From: a virus
Lineage: Duplodnaviria; Caudoviricetes
Direction: 5' to 3' (one strand)
IMG/VR virus record: IMGVR_UViG_3300028048_000071
Span: 32,001-96,000 of that record
Length of the DNA: 64,000 nt
Each line of letters begins with the position of its first letter. Within the stretch, counting starts at the first letter, position 1. The notes below the pieces were generated by a model. That model made no database searches. It saw only the letters and a list, made by a program, of their open reading frames with translations, and was not told where the DNA came from. Both the position numbers and the translations under genes were made by a program. Below, piece by piece: positions 9,673 through 20,150 of this stretch.

Positions 9673-10875
9673 ATGGAATTAGAAAGAAAAGAAGGAGAGA
9701 CAGAGATACAATATTTATGGCGTATTGGTAAAATGGTTGATGCTGGCAAAATAGGAAGTTGGAAAGATATAACTCCTACTTTAAATAAACAACTTAGAGA
9801 AGATGATGAATATTATGATGAGTCGGCATATAGAAAAAAATATCAAGCAGCTAAAAAGTTCTATGATGAAATTTTTTCTCAACAAGGAGACGAAGATTTT
9901 AAAAAAGAACAAGAAGAAATATTGAGAGAAATAAAAAAAGAAAAAATAAAATTAAGAGACGAAAGAACAGAATCTAATAGAGGAATTAGAATAGAAGCCA
10001 GAGTCGAAGATAAACTTGATTATTTTGAAAAAATAATTGCAAATCAAGGCAAGGTAGACTATAAACCTCTTAAACCAGCCGAAAGAGAATTAATAAAAAC
10101 AAAATCAGACAATGATTTAGTTATTATGTTAAGTGATTTACATATAGGTCAAACTTTTGCTTCAGCTTGGGGAAGATATAATTTAGAAGTCGCAAAAGAT
10201 AGAATGAACCAATATTTAAATAAAATAATAGAAATAAAAGATAGACATAATTCTGAAAATTGCTTTGTAACATTGCAAGGAGATATGATTAGTAATTCTA
10301 TTCATAAAACTATTGCAATAACAAATAGAGAAAATGTAATTGAGCAAGTAATATCTGCTAGTGAAATGATAACTGCTTTTTTAGCAGAGCTTAGTAAGAT
10401 ATTTAATAATGTTACAGTAGCAAGCGTTGTTGGTAATCATTCAAGAATAGATAAAAAAGAAGATGCTCTTAAAGATGAAAGATTAGATACTCTAATTGAA
10501 TGGTATGCAAAAAGTAAATTAGAGAATTTTGAAAATATAGAATTTATTGAACCTTATGATAATACATTTAATTGTTTTGTTGTTAGAAACAAACATTACT
10601 TTATTGTTCACGGGGATTATGATAAATTTGATATGGCGGGAGTTGCCAAATTAAGTATGATGGCGGGTTATTTCCCTTATTGTATTTTATTTGGACATAG
10701 ACATTTCCCTGCTACAACTGAAATCAATGGTATTAAATTAGTTCAGTCTGGGAGTTTTCCTGGTGCTGGAGATGACCATACTATTGAATTAAGATTAAGT
10801 GGAAAACCATCTCAAACAGTATTAGTCTGCAATGAGGATGGAATAGAATGTAATTATACAGTGGAACTCGATTAA
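9673..10875 (+). CDS. calcineurin-like metallophosphoesterase (YonJ-like)
   Basis: SDLHIG, GDMI, GNHSR, HGD, GHRH motifs; start at 9673 after AGGAG. Confidence 0.8.
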   Translation: MELERKEGETEIQYLWRIGKMVDAGKIGSWKDITPTLNKQLREDDEYYDESAYRKKYQAAKKFYDEIFSQQGDEDFKKEQEEILREIKKEKIKLRDERTESNRGIRIEARVEDKLDYFEKIIANQGKVDYKPLKPAERELIKTKSDNDLVIMLSDLHIGQTFASAWGRYNLEVAKDRMNQYLNKIIEIKDRHNSENCFVTLQGDMISNSIHKTIAITNRENVIEQVISASEMITAFLAELSKIFNNVTVASVVGNHSRIDKKEDALKDERLDTLIEWYAKSKLENFENIEFIEPYDNTFNCFVVRNKHYFIVHGDYDKFDMAGVAKLSMMAGYFPYCILFGHRHFPATTEINGIKLVQSGSFPGAGDDHTIELRLSGKPSQTVLVCNEDGIECNYTVELD

Positions 10876-10891
10876 GAGTTCTTTTATTTTT
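10863..10891 (+). terminator. possible weak intrinsic terminator
   Basis: GAACTC-gattaa-GAGTTC followed by T run. Confidence 0.4.
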
Positions 10892-10910
10892 GAAAGAAAG
10901 GTGAGATTAG

Positions 10911-11738
10911 GTGGCTACAAAAAGTAAGAAAATTACTACAAGTCAGCCAAAAGAGCCTAAAAGAATTTGTCAGAATCAATCTTGTAATGCTATGGGAAGA
11001 TACCAAAATAATAGTGATTTTTATAAATCAAGAAATATATCAATAGGTTATCACCCTTATTGCAAAGAATGTGTTAATGAGATAATAGATATTGATAATA
11101 TGCAAACTGTTTATGATGTTTTGCAAACTTTAGACACACCATTTATACAGGATGTCTGGAAAGAGGCTCTGGCAGATATAGATGGTAATTATATAGATAA
11201 ATATTTAAATTTAATAAATAACACATATAAATCAAGATATGAAAATGCAAGATTTAAAGATAGTATTTATGATAGTGAGCTAGTATTAGAAAAAGATGAA
11301 AATGGAAATGAAGTTAAAAATTGGGATGATACTTGGCAAGGTTATTATTCAAAAAGAGAATTAAATTATCTTAATAAATATTATCAAGATTTAAATAATG
11401 ATTTTAAAATTATAACAACAAATCATAAGGATTATGCTAGAAGAATAGCACAAGCATCATTGATAATGAATGATACTTATAATGTTATGAGAGATAATCC
11501 TGATGATAAAGATGCGGTAAGTGCTTATAATACTGCTGTATCTAATTTTGATAGATTATCTAAATCAGCACAATTTGCCGAAAGTCAAAGAGGAGCAAAT
11601 GATGTTTCTCTTGGTTGTTTTGGTAGAGTATTTGATGCTGTTGAAAAACATAATTTCGTTCCTCAACACATACCAGAAGATAAAGATATGTTTGATAAGA
11701 TTATAGAACAATTTTCAAATATTGAAAAGAGTTTATAA
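10911..11738 (+). CDS. putative terminase small subunit (YonG-like)
   Basis: N-terminal Cys cluster (CKEC); TAATG-coupled to large terminase; positional inference. Confidence 0.55.
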   Translation: MATKSKKITTSQPKEPKRICQNQSCNAMGRYQNNSDFYKSRNISIGYHPYCKECVNEIIDIDNMQTVYDVLQTLDTPFIQDVWKEALADIDGNYIDKYLNLINNTYKSRYENARFKDSIYDSELVLEKDENGNEVKNWDDTWQGYYSKRELNYLNKYYQDLNNDFKIITTNHKDYARRIAQASLIMNDTYNVMRDNPDDKDAVSAYNTAVSNFDRLSKSAQFAESQRGANDVSLGCFGRVFDAVEKHNFVPQHIPEDKDMFDKIIEQFSNIEKSL

Positions 11739-13504
11739 TGGCAGTAAATATAAAAAAAGTTAGAAAGGGTGTAGAAGCTCAAAAATCTTGGGGATATGAT
11801 AACACTGATTCTCCATTGAGTTATGACCCTATTAATGAAGAAAAAATTGATTATGAAGAATGGACTAAATTCTTATCATACTATAGATATTATGTTGATG
11901 AATTTGCTGTAGACATATTAGGAATGACTAATTTGTTCCCATTTCAAAGACTTTTATTAAGAGCAATGGGAAAATTTCCAAACATAATGTTTATAATGTG
12001 TAGAGGTTTAACAAAATCATATATTGCTGCAATATTTATTTGTTGTATGGCTATCTTATATCCAGGTATGGCAATAGGAATTGTTTCTGGAAATGGTAAC
12101 CAAGCAAGAATGGTTGTTAAACAGAAAATAGAAGGGGAATTATGTAAAAACGAAAATATTAAAAGAGAAATTAAAAGTATAAAAACAAGTTTAGATGATT
12201 GTATTGTTACTTTTAAAAATGGAAGCTCAATAAGGGCTTTTACTTTGGGTAACAATCAAAAAGGAGATAGTTCAAGAGGTTGGAGATTTCAACTTATATT
12301 AGTTGATGAAGCTCGTCTAGTTAAAACAGAAGCATTAAAAGAAGTTTTAATACCAATGACTAAAACTCCAAGAACTAATGCAATAGATTTAAAAAAGAAA
12401 TTTCCAGAGGCTCCTTATGAAGAAGGACGAATGGTTTATATTTCATCTGCTTGGTTAAAAACTTGTGATTTATATCAAAGATTCTTAAATTTCTATAGTC
12501 AAATGACTTCGGGTGATAAAAACTATTTTGTTGCAAGTCTTGATTATAGAGTAGGTATAGATGCTGGATTATTTACAGAAGAAAATATGATGTTAGAAAA
12601 AAATGACCCAGAGATGACTTTAGATAAATGGGCTTATGAATATGAAGGTCGATTTGTTGGAAGTGCAAATGATAGTTATTATCCATATGATATAACTTCA
12701 AAATGTAGGTCATTAGATAGATGCGAATTAGAACAACCTAAAAAATGTCAATATAGATATATTGTAACGCACGACGTTGCTGTATCTGGTAAATCAGGTT
12801 CGGATAATTCCTGTACTCACGTTATAAAATTAATACCTAAAAAAAATGGTACTTTTACAAAACAAGTTGTTTTTACAAAAACAATGAATGGGGCTACTTT
12901 AAAAGAACAAAGAGATTTCTTAAGAGAGCTTATTCATATTAGATTTCCTAATACGGATAAATTAGTAATAGATGCTCAATCTGCTGGACAGGGTTTATTA
13001 TCATTGTTAGAAGAACCTTGGACTGCAAGAAATAATAGAGGAGAAGTAGAAGAGTTCCCTCCATTAATTTGTGATGACGATGAAGAAGCACAGATACTAT
13101 TACCGGATGCTGAACCTCTAATAAGAGGAATAACTGCAACACAAGAATTTAACAGCACTTTTTATCCATATATGAAAAGTGGTTTTGAAGATAGAAGTCT
13201 ACAATTATTGGTAGATAGTAGTGAAACAGATGAAGCATATAAGAGTGGTAAATATAGACCAGAAGAACAGGTAGTTCACGTTGAGCACGATAGCTTAGTT
13301 CAAGAATTAAGTAATATAAAACAATCATATTCTGAAGGTGGTAAAATAATTTATACCAGAATAGTTAAAAGTAAAAAAAGAGACCGTGCAACAAGTTTAA
13401 TGTATGGTTTATCTGTTGTTTGGGAATATGAAAAACAAGGAAAAGCAGATATGTATAAAAAAGAGGTAGACCCTCTTGCATATTTAAAAAAATATATATA
13501 TTAA
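11738..13504 (+). CDS. terL: terminase large subunit
   Basis: LFPFQ adenine motif, degenerate Walker A CRGLTKS, Walker B LVDEA, YISSA coupling motif, nuclease HDVA...KRDRATS. Confidence 0.9.
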   Translation: MAVNIKKVRKGVEAQKSWGYDNTDSPLSYDPINEEKIDYEEWTKFLSYYRYYVDEFAVDILGMTNLFPFQRLLLRAMGKFPNIMFIMCRGLTKSYIAAIFICCMAILYPGMAIGIVSGNGNQARMVVKQKIEGELCKNENIKREIKSIKTSLDDCIVTFKNGSSIRAFTLGNNQKGDSSRGWRFQLILVDEARLVKTEALKEVLIPMTKTPRTNAIDLKKKFPEAPYEEGRMVYISSAWLKTCDLYQRFLNFYSQMTSGDKNYFVASLDYRVGIDAGLFTEENMMLEKNDPEMTLDKWAYEYEGRFVGSANDSYYPYDITSKCRSLDRCELEQPKKCQYRYIVTHDVAVSGKSGSDNSCTHVIKLIPKKNGTFTKQVVFTKTMNGATLKEQRDFLRELIHIRFPNTDKLVIDAQSAGQGLLSLLEEPWTARNNRGEVEEFPPLICDDDEEAQILLPDAEPLIRGITATQEFNSTFYPYMKSGFEDRSLQLLVDSSETDEAYKSGKYRPEEQVVHVEHDSLVQELSNIKQSYSEGGKIIYTRIVKSKKRDRATSLMYGLSVVWEYEKQGKADMYKKEVDPLAYLKKYIY

Positions 13505-13524
13505 AGGAAGGTAGGTGAATAAGA

Positions 13525-15195
13525 TTGAGTAATAAAAAGGTTAAATCTAATACGGAGACTAATTTAACAGAAAAACAAGTAATAGAAGTTCTACAAGCAT
13601 ATGATAAAGCTTTAAATATTAGAGATAATCAAATTGCAAATGGCGTTTTTGATGTAACAGCATTTTCTAAAGGTATGGCTGATGCAGGAGCATTTACTCC
13701 ATATACACAAAATGAAATAATGAAAAGAATTAATATTGCTACGAATAGTGCTCCAGATGGAAAAAAAATAGATGAAGCATTATCTAATCCAATTGATAAT
13801 GAAGGTAATTTAGTTAATTATGGTCAATCTTATTATTTCAGTAGTTTAATGTATAAACGAAATCAAGAATATCTAGCAAACCTACCTGCGTTTGATTTAG
13901 AAATATCTTGTATTAATGCAAAACCAGAAGACTACAAAACAAATAAATATAAAAATGATTATGAAGAAATTAAAAAATTTATTAATTCTTTTAACTATAG
14001 AGAGCAATTCAAAAATATTGCTTGGAATATAGTTATGAATGAAACTTATTATGCAATGTTTAGAGAATTAGGAGATAAGTCTGTTATCCAAGAATTCCCT
14101 GCTAAATATTCTATGATTACTGGTAAATGGGAATATGGTCTTTTATATGATATAGATATGAATTGGTTCCTTCAGGGGGAAGTAGATATTAATTGTTATC
14201 CTGATTGGGTAATAAAAAAATATAAAGAAATGTTTGATGGTAAAAAAGAAAAACCATATATTCCAAGTAATAAGATAAATAAGAGAACTGGTACTTTTGG
14301 ATTATGGACTCAAACAGACCCTGCAGATGGATGTTGGGTTTTTAAATTTAATCCTAATCATAATTTACAAGTTCCATTTTTTTCTGGAATGTTACCAGAA
14401 ATGGCTGTCCTTCCAATATTAAGAAACCTACAAGTTAATCAAAGTATGGCTGCTGCAAGAAAATTATTAGTTTCTTCAATACCATATTTAAATGAAAAGA
14501 AGGCTGCTAGTGTAGCAAATCAATTAGCTATAGATGCAGATACTTTAGGTAAATTTATTGGACTTGCAACTCAAGGATTAGAGGCTGCAATTAAAGTATT
14601 AGCTTTACCAACTGAAGACATTAAAGGTGTTGAATTTAAAAACACTGATAGTGATACTTATGAAACATTTATGACTTTAACAAGTTCTTTATTAAGTGGT
14701 GGTAAAGTAATATTTTCAACAAGTGAAAATCAAAATGCAATAGAAACTCAATTTTCTATTGATATAGATAGAATGTTAATTAAATCTATATATCCTCAAT
14801 TTGAAAACTTTTTAGAATACTATGCAAATAAACATACTAAAAAATTCAAATGGGCATTTAGATTTGTTGGAACAAATGATAAATTTGATAGAGAAGCTAG
14901 ACAAGATGAGGCATTTAAATATGCTGATAAAGGAGTTGTTCTTCCAAATAAAATTGCTTCATCATTAGGAATGAATAAAATAGAATTAGAGAGAGAATTG
15001 GAAGAGATGAACGCTAGTGACTTTATTGATAAATTAAGACCTATGATTAATATTTATACTCAAGGAAATGTTACTGCTGGTTCAACACCAAATAATGGTG
15101 CTGGAAGACCTCAAGTTAAAGATGGGGATTTAACTAATAGTGGCAGTGAGACCAGAGATAAAGGGTCTAATATAGAAAAAGGTGGAAACCTATAA
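13525..15195 (+). CDS. portal protein (YonE-like)
   Basis: 556 aa directly after terL; GAGRP C-terminal motif typical of this portal group. Confidence 0.8.
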   Translation: MSNKKVKSNTETNLTEKQVIEVLQAYDKALNIRDNQIANGVFDVTAFSKGMADAGAFTPYTQNEIMKRINIATNSAPDGKKIDEALSNPIDNEGNLVNYGQSYYFSSLMYKRNQEYLANLPAFDLEISCINAKPEDYKTNKYKNDYEEIKKFINSFNYREQFKNIAWNIVMNETYYAMFRELGDKSVIQEFPAKYSMITGKWEYGLLYDIDMNWFLQGEVDINCYPDWVIKKYKEMFDGKKEKPYIPSNKINKRTGTFGLWTQTDPADGCWVFKFNPNHNLQVPFFSGMLPEMAVLPILRNLQVNQSMAAARKLLVSSIPYLNEKKAASVANQLAIDADTLGKFIGLATQGLEAAIKVLALPTEDIKGVEFKNTDSDTYETFMTLTSSLLSGGKVIFSTSENQNAIETQFSIDIDRMLIKSIYPQFENFLEYYANKHTKKFKWAFRFVGTNDKFDREARQDEAFKYADKGVVLPNKIASSLGMNKIELERELEEMNASDFIDKLRPMINIYTQGNVTAGSTPNNGAGRPQVKDGDLTNSGSETRDKGSNIEKGGNL

Positions 15196-15207
15196 AGGAG
15201 GGCTTAT

Positions 15208-15420
15208 ATGTTTATAGTAAATTCAAAAAATATTAACTTCTCAAACATATATGTTTGTGGAGAACAAATAGGTAACTTCCTAATAGAAGAAGGATTTCCA
15301 CTATTAGGAAGAGAAGGCAAAAAAATGAAATTTGCCAAAACAGAAAGATTAGAAAAAGTTTTACTTCATTTACCTGCCAAACTTAAATTATTGAGAAAGG
15401 TGGGGTTGATAGATGGATAA
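15208..15420 (+). CDS. hypothetical protein
   Basis: 70-aa ORF with AAGGAGG SD between portal and protease. Confidence 0.7.
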   Translation: MFIVNSKNINFSNIYVCGEQIGNFLIEEGFPLLGREGKKMKFAKTERLEKVLLHLPAKLKLLRKVGLIDG

Positions 15421-16783
15421 ATTTTTATTAGATATTGAAAATTTTGAAATATTACCTGAAGAATATTCAGATGAACAATTGGCAACTGTAGAAATATATG
15501 TTTGCCACGATGGTAATAATAGACACAATGTCCCTATTTCAAGAGAAGCCTTAGTAAAAGCTAAAGATACATTAAAAAATAAATTTTTAGTTGCAGGTTT
15601 TGATGGAAATGATTTTGAAGGACACGAACCAGATGAAATGATAGTAGGGTTCTTCCCAGAAAGTTCAAAAATGAAATTTGAAAAAAGAAAAGGAAGAACT
15701 TATTTGGTTGCTCAAGCTATAATGTCAAAAGTTTATGCTAAATGGGCTTATGATATTTTTAAAGAAAAAGGTAATCAAAGAGATGTTTCAATGGAAATAA
15801 CTGTCTTAAGGGGACAAGTTGATGAAAATGATAACCTATTAACTATAGATGAATTTGTATTTAATGGAGTTACCATTTTAGGATTGAGCCACGTACCTGC
15901 CTGTGAAGGCAGTAGTGCATCTATAATCAAATTTGACTGTGAAAATGCACTAAAAGTTTATAATGAACACCGTGATGATACTGCTATGGTGGAATTTTCA
16001 GGAAAGGAGGAAACAGGTACAATGGATGAAACTAAAGAAATAGTTGAAGAAGTTGAAGTTAAAGCTGAAACTAAAGAAGAAGAAAAAGTTGAAGAAGAAA
16101 CTAAAACTGAAGAAACTACAGAAGAATCATCTAAAGAAGACGATAAAACTATGTATTCTGAAGATGATAAAGAAAAAGACTTTGAATCTGAAGATGATAA
16201 ATCAGAAGATGATGATGACGATGACAATGATTCAGATGATTCAGACGATTCAGATGATAAAGATGAATCTAAGGAAGATGTAGAAGAAAAAGTAGAGAAC
16301 GAAGCTAAATCTGAGGAAGTTGAAGACGTTGAAAAAGAATGTAAAAACGAATCAGATGTAGAAGAAGTTGAAAAAGAATGTAAAAACGAAGAAAATCTTC
16401 CTACTGAAAATTGTGAAACTGATGAACCTGAAAAAGAAGAAGACCCTGAAACTGTTAAAGCAGAAAGAGATTCTTTAAAACAAGAATGTGAGGTTCTAAG
16501 AGACAAAGTTGAAAAATATGAAGCTAAAGAAAAATCAGTAAAAATAGAAAGTATAATTTCTGGTGTAGTTGATTTATTTAGTGCAGATGAAATTTCAGAG
16601 TTAAGAGAAGAATCTAAGAAATATTCATTAGATGAATTAAATATCTTTGACAATGAAGTAAAAGCTAGAGCTTTTGATAAAGTTAAAGCTAGTAAAAAAG
16701 TTGAAGATAAAAATTTTACAAGAATGGCTGTTAACGATGTTTTAGATAAACAAGAAAGTACATCTAAATATACGTGGAAATAA
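15413..16783 (+). CDS. prohead protease / scaffold fusion (YonD-like)
   Basis: CHDGNNRHN, VSMEI, GVTILG...PAC protease-like N half; very acidic coiled C half with duplicated VEKECKNE. Confidence 0.75.
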   Translation: MDKFLLDIENFEILPEEYSDEQLATVEIYVCHDGNNRHNVPISREALVKAKDTLKNKFLVAGFDGNDFEGHEPDEMIVGFFPESSKMKFEKRKGRTYLVAQAIMSKVYAKWAYDIFKEKGNQRDVSMEITVLRGQVDENDNLLTIDEFVFNGVTILGLSHVPACEGSSASIIKFDCENALKVYNEHRDDTAMVEFSGKEETGTMDETKEIVEEVEVKAETKEEEKVEEETKTEETTEESSKEDDKTMYSEDDKEKDFESEDDKSEDDDDDDNDSDDSDDSDDKDESKEDVEEKVENEAKSEEVEDVEKECKNESDVEEVEKECKNEENLPTENCETDEPEKEEDPETVKAERDSLKQECEVLRDKVEKYEAKEKSVKIESIISGVVDLFSADEISELREESKKYSLDELNIFDNEVKARAFDKVKASKKVEDKNFTRMAVNDVLDKQESTSKYTWK

Positions 16784-16810
16784 TTAAAAATTTAGAAGGA
16801 GGAAATTCAA

Positions 16811-17338
16811 ATGAACGAAAAAATAGTATTAATACCAAGTTTAGTTGCTGCTAAAAATGTTGATTCATATAATGCAAGTTTTATTGCTACAACTGACATC
16901 GACAATGGTATGGTTTTCGCTGCTGGAGATTATAGCGACGAACAAGTTTATGACGTAGCTGCTATTGGTGCAGATTTACACAATATCTATATGGCATTTA
17001 GTCCAGAAGATACAATTATCACAGATGCTATGGGAAATGAATATAAAATTGGTATCAATGACCCAAGAACATTCACTAACGTAGCAGGAAAGGTTTTCAG
17101 TGCTTATAGACCACAAGTTGGAGACAAAATTTTAATCTCTGCTGCTGGTATTGAAGGAACTGCTAATGATTATGCAGTTGTTGCTACTGGAGAAAACAAA
17201 TTACAATACGCTAGTGCTGCTGTTTCAGGATTATCTTATAAAGTATTAAATGCTGATGATTATATTACAATTGGTGGAGCAACTAACATTGGTTCACAAA
17301 GAGTTGCAGCAGTATTATTAGAATGTGTTGCTATCTAA
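16811..17338 (+). CDS. capsid decoration/structural protein (YonC-like)
   Basis: between scaffold and capsid genes; strong SD; highly-expressed codon style. Confidence 0.6.
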   Translation: MNEKIVLIPSLVAAKNVDSYNASFIATTDIDNGMVFAAGDYSDEQVYDVAAIGADLHNIYMAFSPEDTIITDAMGNEYKIGINDPRTFTNVAGKVFSAYRPQVGDKILISAAGIEGTANDYAVVATGENKLQYASAAVSGLSYKVLNADDYITIGGATNIGSQRVAAVLLECVAI

Positions 17339-17404
17339 TAAATAACAAAAAAACAAAAGAATAAAAAGAAATAATTAATAAAATATTAGAAGGAGGAATA
17401 TAAA

Positions 17405-18493
17405 ATGAGATTACCAAATAGTGTTTTAGCATTCACAGCAAATGATGAAAATAGAAAGAACGCTTATTCAAAATTTGTTGAATATTATGAATCATATATA
17501 AATGGTAAAAAAAGTAGTGCAGCTGGTACTACATTTGAAGAAATGAACAGCAAAATGTTAGAATTCTATACAGATGAAATCGAAAGAATGTCAGGAAGAA
17601 AAGTTAGCGATTATAATGATTTAGCTCAATTCTGCAACTTCTCTGATGTTAAAGAATCTGCATTTGCTATTATTGGTATGATTACTGATTTAATTATACC
17701 TGACGCTTTAATTAAAGATTTAGGAGTTATTGCAGAAGTTAAAAACGGTTCTTGGGGAGACACTTTAAAAGTTGATATTGAACCAAGAGATTTATTTGTT
17801 GTTGCTAAAGGTGGAAGAGCAAGAAGAGATTTTGATATAACTAGACAATTCAAAGGAGAAAAGACTGTAGTTCCTGAAGTACACGCAATTTCTGTAGGTA
17901 TTTCTTTATATGATGTTTTAAGAGGAGCTTATACATTAGCTGAATTCGTAAGAAAAGCTGTTATGTCTATTGAAACTCAAATGAGATATGACATTTATGA
18001 TGCTTTCGCTACTATGATGAATAACTTACCAACTACTGGTTCAGCTGCATTAAAGATTTCTGGATGGAATCAAGATTCTGCTATCGCATTAGCTCAAAAA
18101 GTTAGTGCTTGGAATGGTGGAAGACAAGCTATCTTCTTAGGAACTAAATTAGCATTATCAAAAATCTTACCTGCATCTACAAATACTAGAATTTTATTAG
18201 GAGATGAATACGTTAAAGTTGGTTACTTAAGAGATTTCTTTGGAATTTCTTGCGTAGAATTAGAACAAGTTGCTGATTATAAAACTGAATTTGCAGTTAA
18301 ATTAGACGACCAAAAAATCTATGTTTTATGCCCAGGTACTGACAAATTAGTTAAAGTATTCGTTGAAGGTTCTACATTAGCAAATAACGAAACTAACTTC
18401 TATAATGCAAACTTACAACAAGTTGCTACATTATATAAATCTTATGGTGTTGGTGCATTTACTTCAGCTTTAGCTGGTGAAATTGCTCTATAA
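17405..18493 (+). CDS. major capsid protein
   Basis: 362 aa, position, strong SD, biased codon usage, followed by terminator. Confidence 0.8.
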   Translation: MRLPNSVLAFTANDENRKNAYSKFVEYYESYINGKKSSAAGTTFEEMNSKMLEFYTDEIERMSGRKVSDYNDLAQFCNFSDVKESAFAIIGMITDLIIPDALIKDLGVIAEVKNGSWGDTLKVDIEPRDLFVVAKGGRARRDFDITRQFKGEKTVVPEVHAISVGISLYDVLRGAYTLAEFVRKAVMSIETQMRYDIYDAFATMMNNLPTTGSAALKISGWNQDSAIALAQKVSAWNGGRQAIFLGTKLALSKILPASTNTRILLGDEYVKVGYLRDFFGISCVELEQVADYKTEFAVKLDDQKIYVLCPGTDKLVKVFVEGSTLANNETNFYNANLQQVATLYKSYGVGAFTSALAGEIAL

Positions 18494-18520
18494 TTTGATT
18501 TATATTAACAGATATATATT

Positions 18521-18558
18521 GAGGGGTAATGAAATTAATTTCATCCCCTCTTATTTTT
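18521..18558 (+). terminator. intrinsic terminator after capsid gene
   Basis: GAGGGG..ATGAAAT/ATTTCAT-CCCCTC hairpin then T-rich tail. Confidence 0.7.
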
Positions 18559-18581
18559 AGTAAAAAAGGAGAGATAATATT

Positions 18582-19250
18582 ATGGCTACTACTACAAAAA
18601 AGAATAGTACAGTTAAAAAAGAAGAAGTAAAAAAAGATGAATACACAAAAAATTTAGAAAATCGTATTTCTGAATTAGAAGAATTAATTAAAGGTATGGC
18701 TGCTGCTACTAAAACAGCTAGCGAACCAACAGTAAATAACATCACTCAATATATCGGAGATAATAATAAAGATGTAGTTTTGACGTCGTTAACAGTTGGT
18801 CAATTAAACTTATCAACCGAAGGGTATGGGCAAGGTGTTGTTTACACATTTGAAGAAATAGGAGAACAACAGTCTATCCCTTATGATGACGTTAAAAAAA
18901 TCATTAAAAATAATAAAAATTTTATTGAGGGAGGAAATGTATTCATTAATGACGATGAAGTAATTAAAAGTCAAAGATTAGAAAACATTTATAAGAAACT
19001 ATTAAGTTATGATGGAATGCTTGATTTATTAAATAAAGATAGAAAAGCATTCACAAAAATTTTTAGTGGTATGACTAAAAATCAAAAAGAAAATTTAAAA
19101 GGAATTATATTTGATAAATTAGCAAAAGACTCATCTAGTGTCGATATGAATATTGTTCAAGTTATGAATGAAGATATGAATATAGATATAATGAGTGAAG
19201 TAAAAAATGCAAAAGATTTAATGGATTATATGAAAAGTGACAAGAACTAG
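18582..19250 (+). CDS. hypothetical head-module protein (YonA-like position)
   Basis: 222 aa with AAGGAG SD, follows capsid. Confidence 0.65.
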   Translation: MATTTKKNSTVKKEEVKKDEYTKNLENRISELEELIKGMAAATKTASEPTVNNITQYIGDNNKDVVLTSLTVGQLNLSTEGYGQGVVYTFEEIGEQQSIPYDDVKKIIKNNKNFIEGGNVFINDDEVIKSQRLENIYKKLLSYDGMLDLLNKDRKAFTKIFSGMTKNQKENLKGIIFDKLAKDSSSVDMNIVQVMNEDMNIDIMSEVKNAKDLMDYMKSDKN

Positions 19251-19261
19251 GAGGGGTATAT

Positions 19262-19783
19262 ATGGAAGATGAAGTATTAACTCCAGTAGATGAAACTGAA
19301 GAAGAAAATACTACAGAAAATGAAGAAGTAAAAGAAACTACTTCATATGATGATATAATTGACCTCGCTTTAGTGTCCATTGAGGATTATCACTTGAATA
19401 GATTAGCGGTAGCTTCACCAAAAGATTTCAATATAGTTTTAGAAGGTTTTATGGTTAGAGGATTGGCAAATTTTGAAAATTGTAGACAGGATTTATCTGA
19501 TAGAGATAGTTCGGCTAGGGTATTTAATTGTGCTTTAACTGAAATAGAAAAAAGTATCATAGCTGACTATACTGTTATAGCGTGGCTTGATAAAGAAATA
19601 AATGATGTCAGACAAATTACTGGTATGATGCAAAATAATAAAGAAGCACACAGATATTCAGAAGCCAATAACCTTAACGCTAAAATAAATAGAAGAAACC
19701 AGTTAATTGAAGAAGTTGCTACTAAGAAAACTACTTATAGTTTTAGCAAATCTAATTGGTTAAATAAGTGGGCATTAGATTAG
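19262..19783 (+). CDS. putative head-tail adaptor
   Basis: position; helical LTEIEKSIIADY..IAWL segment. Confidence 0.55.
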   Translation: MEDEVLTPVDETEEENTTENEEVKETTSYDDIIDLALVSIEDYHLNRLAVASPKDFNIVLEGFMVRGLANFENCRQDLSDRDSSARVFNCALTEIEKSIIADYTVIAWLDKEINDVRQITGMMQNNKEAHRYSEANNLNAKINRRNQLIEEVATKKTTYSFSKSNWLNKWALD

Positions 19784-19784
19784 A

Positions 19785-20150
19785 ATGAAATATGATTTTA
19801 ATTTAGATGAAAAAGCTACACTAGATTCTTTAACTATATTAATAAATCAATGTTGGAAAACATTGCCTATTTTTGAAGGAAAAAATAAAAATAGTGAAAT
19901 CGCATATTCCCGTGATGAAGCTTATGAAAATTATCAAAAACATCTTACTTTTTTAAGCACTAAATTAATAGGTGCTAGTGAATTATGGAAAGACAACCAA
20001 TATTATGTAGAATTACTTTATATGATAGAAGGTATGAAAAGTTTTAGTCCAGAAGAGCACGATAGAGTTAAATACATAGTAAACCATTGCACTAATCTTA
20101 TTAATAATATGAAAGATGAGGTTATGAAGGATGGCACTCAAGTATTATAA
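19785..20150 (+). CDS. hypothetical virion-assembly protein
   Basis: 121-aa ORF in connector region. Confidence 0.6.
   Translation: MKYDFNLDEKATLDSLTILINQCWKTLPIFEGKNKNSEIAYSRDEAYENYQKHLTFLSTKLIGASELWKDNQYYVELLYMIEGMKSFSPEEHDRVKYIVNHCTNLINNMKDEVMKDGTQVL

Noticed and set aside
15958-16653. 231-aa Ser-rich minus-strand ORF and other antisense or alternate-frame ORFs in the track
   Set aside because: Shadow frames of well-supported genes with biased codon usage; no recognisable motifs.
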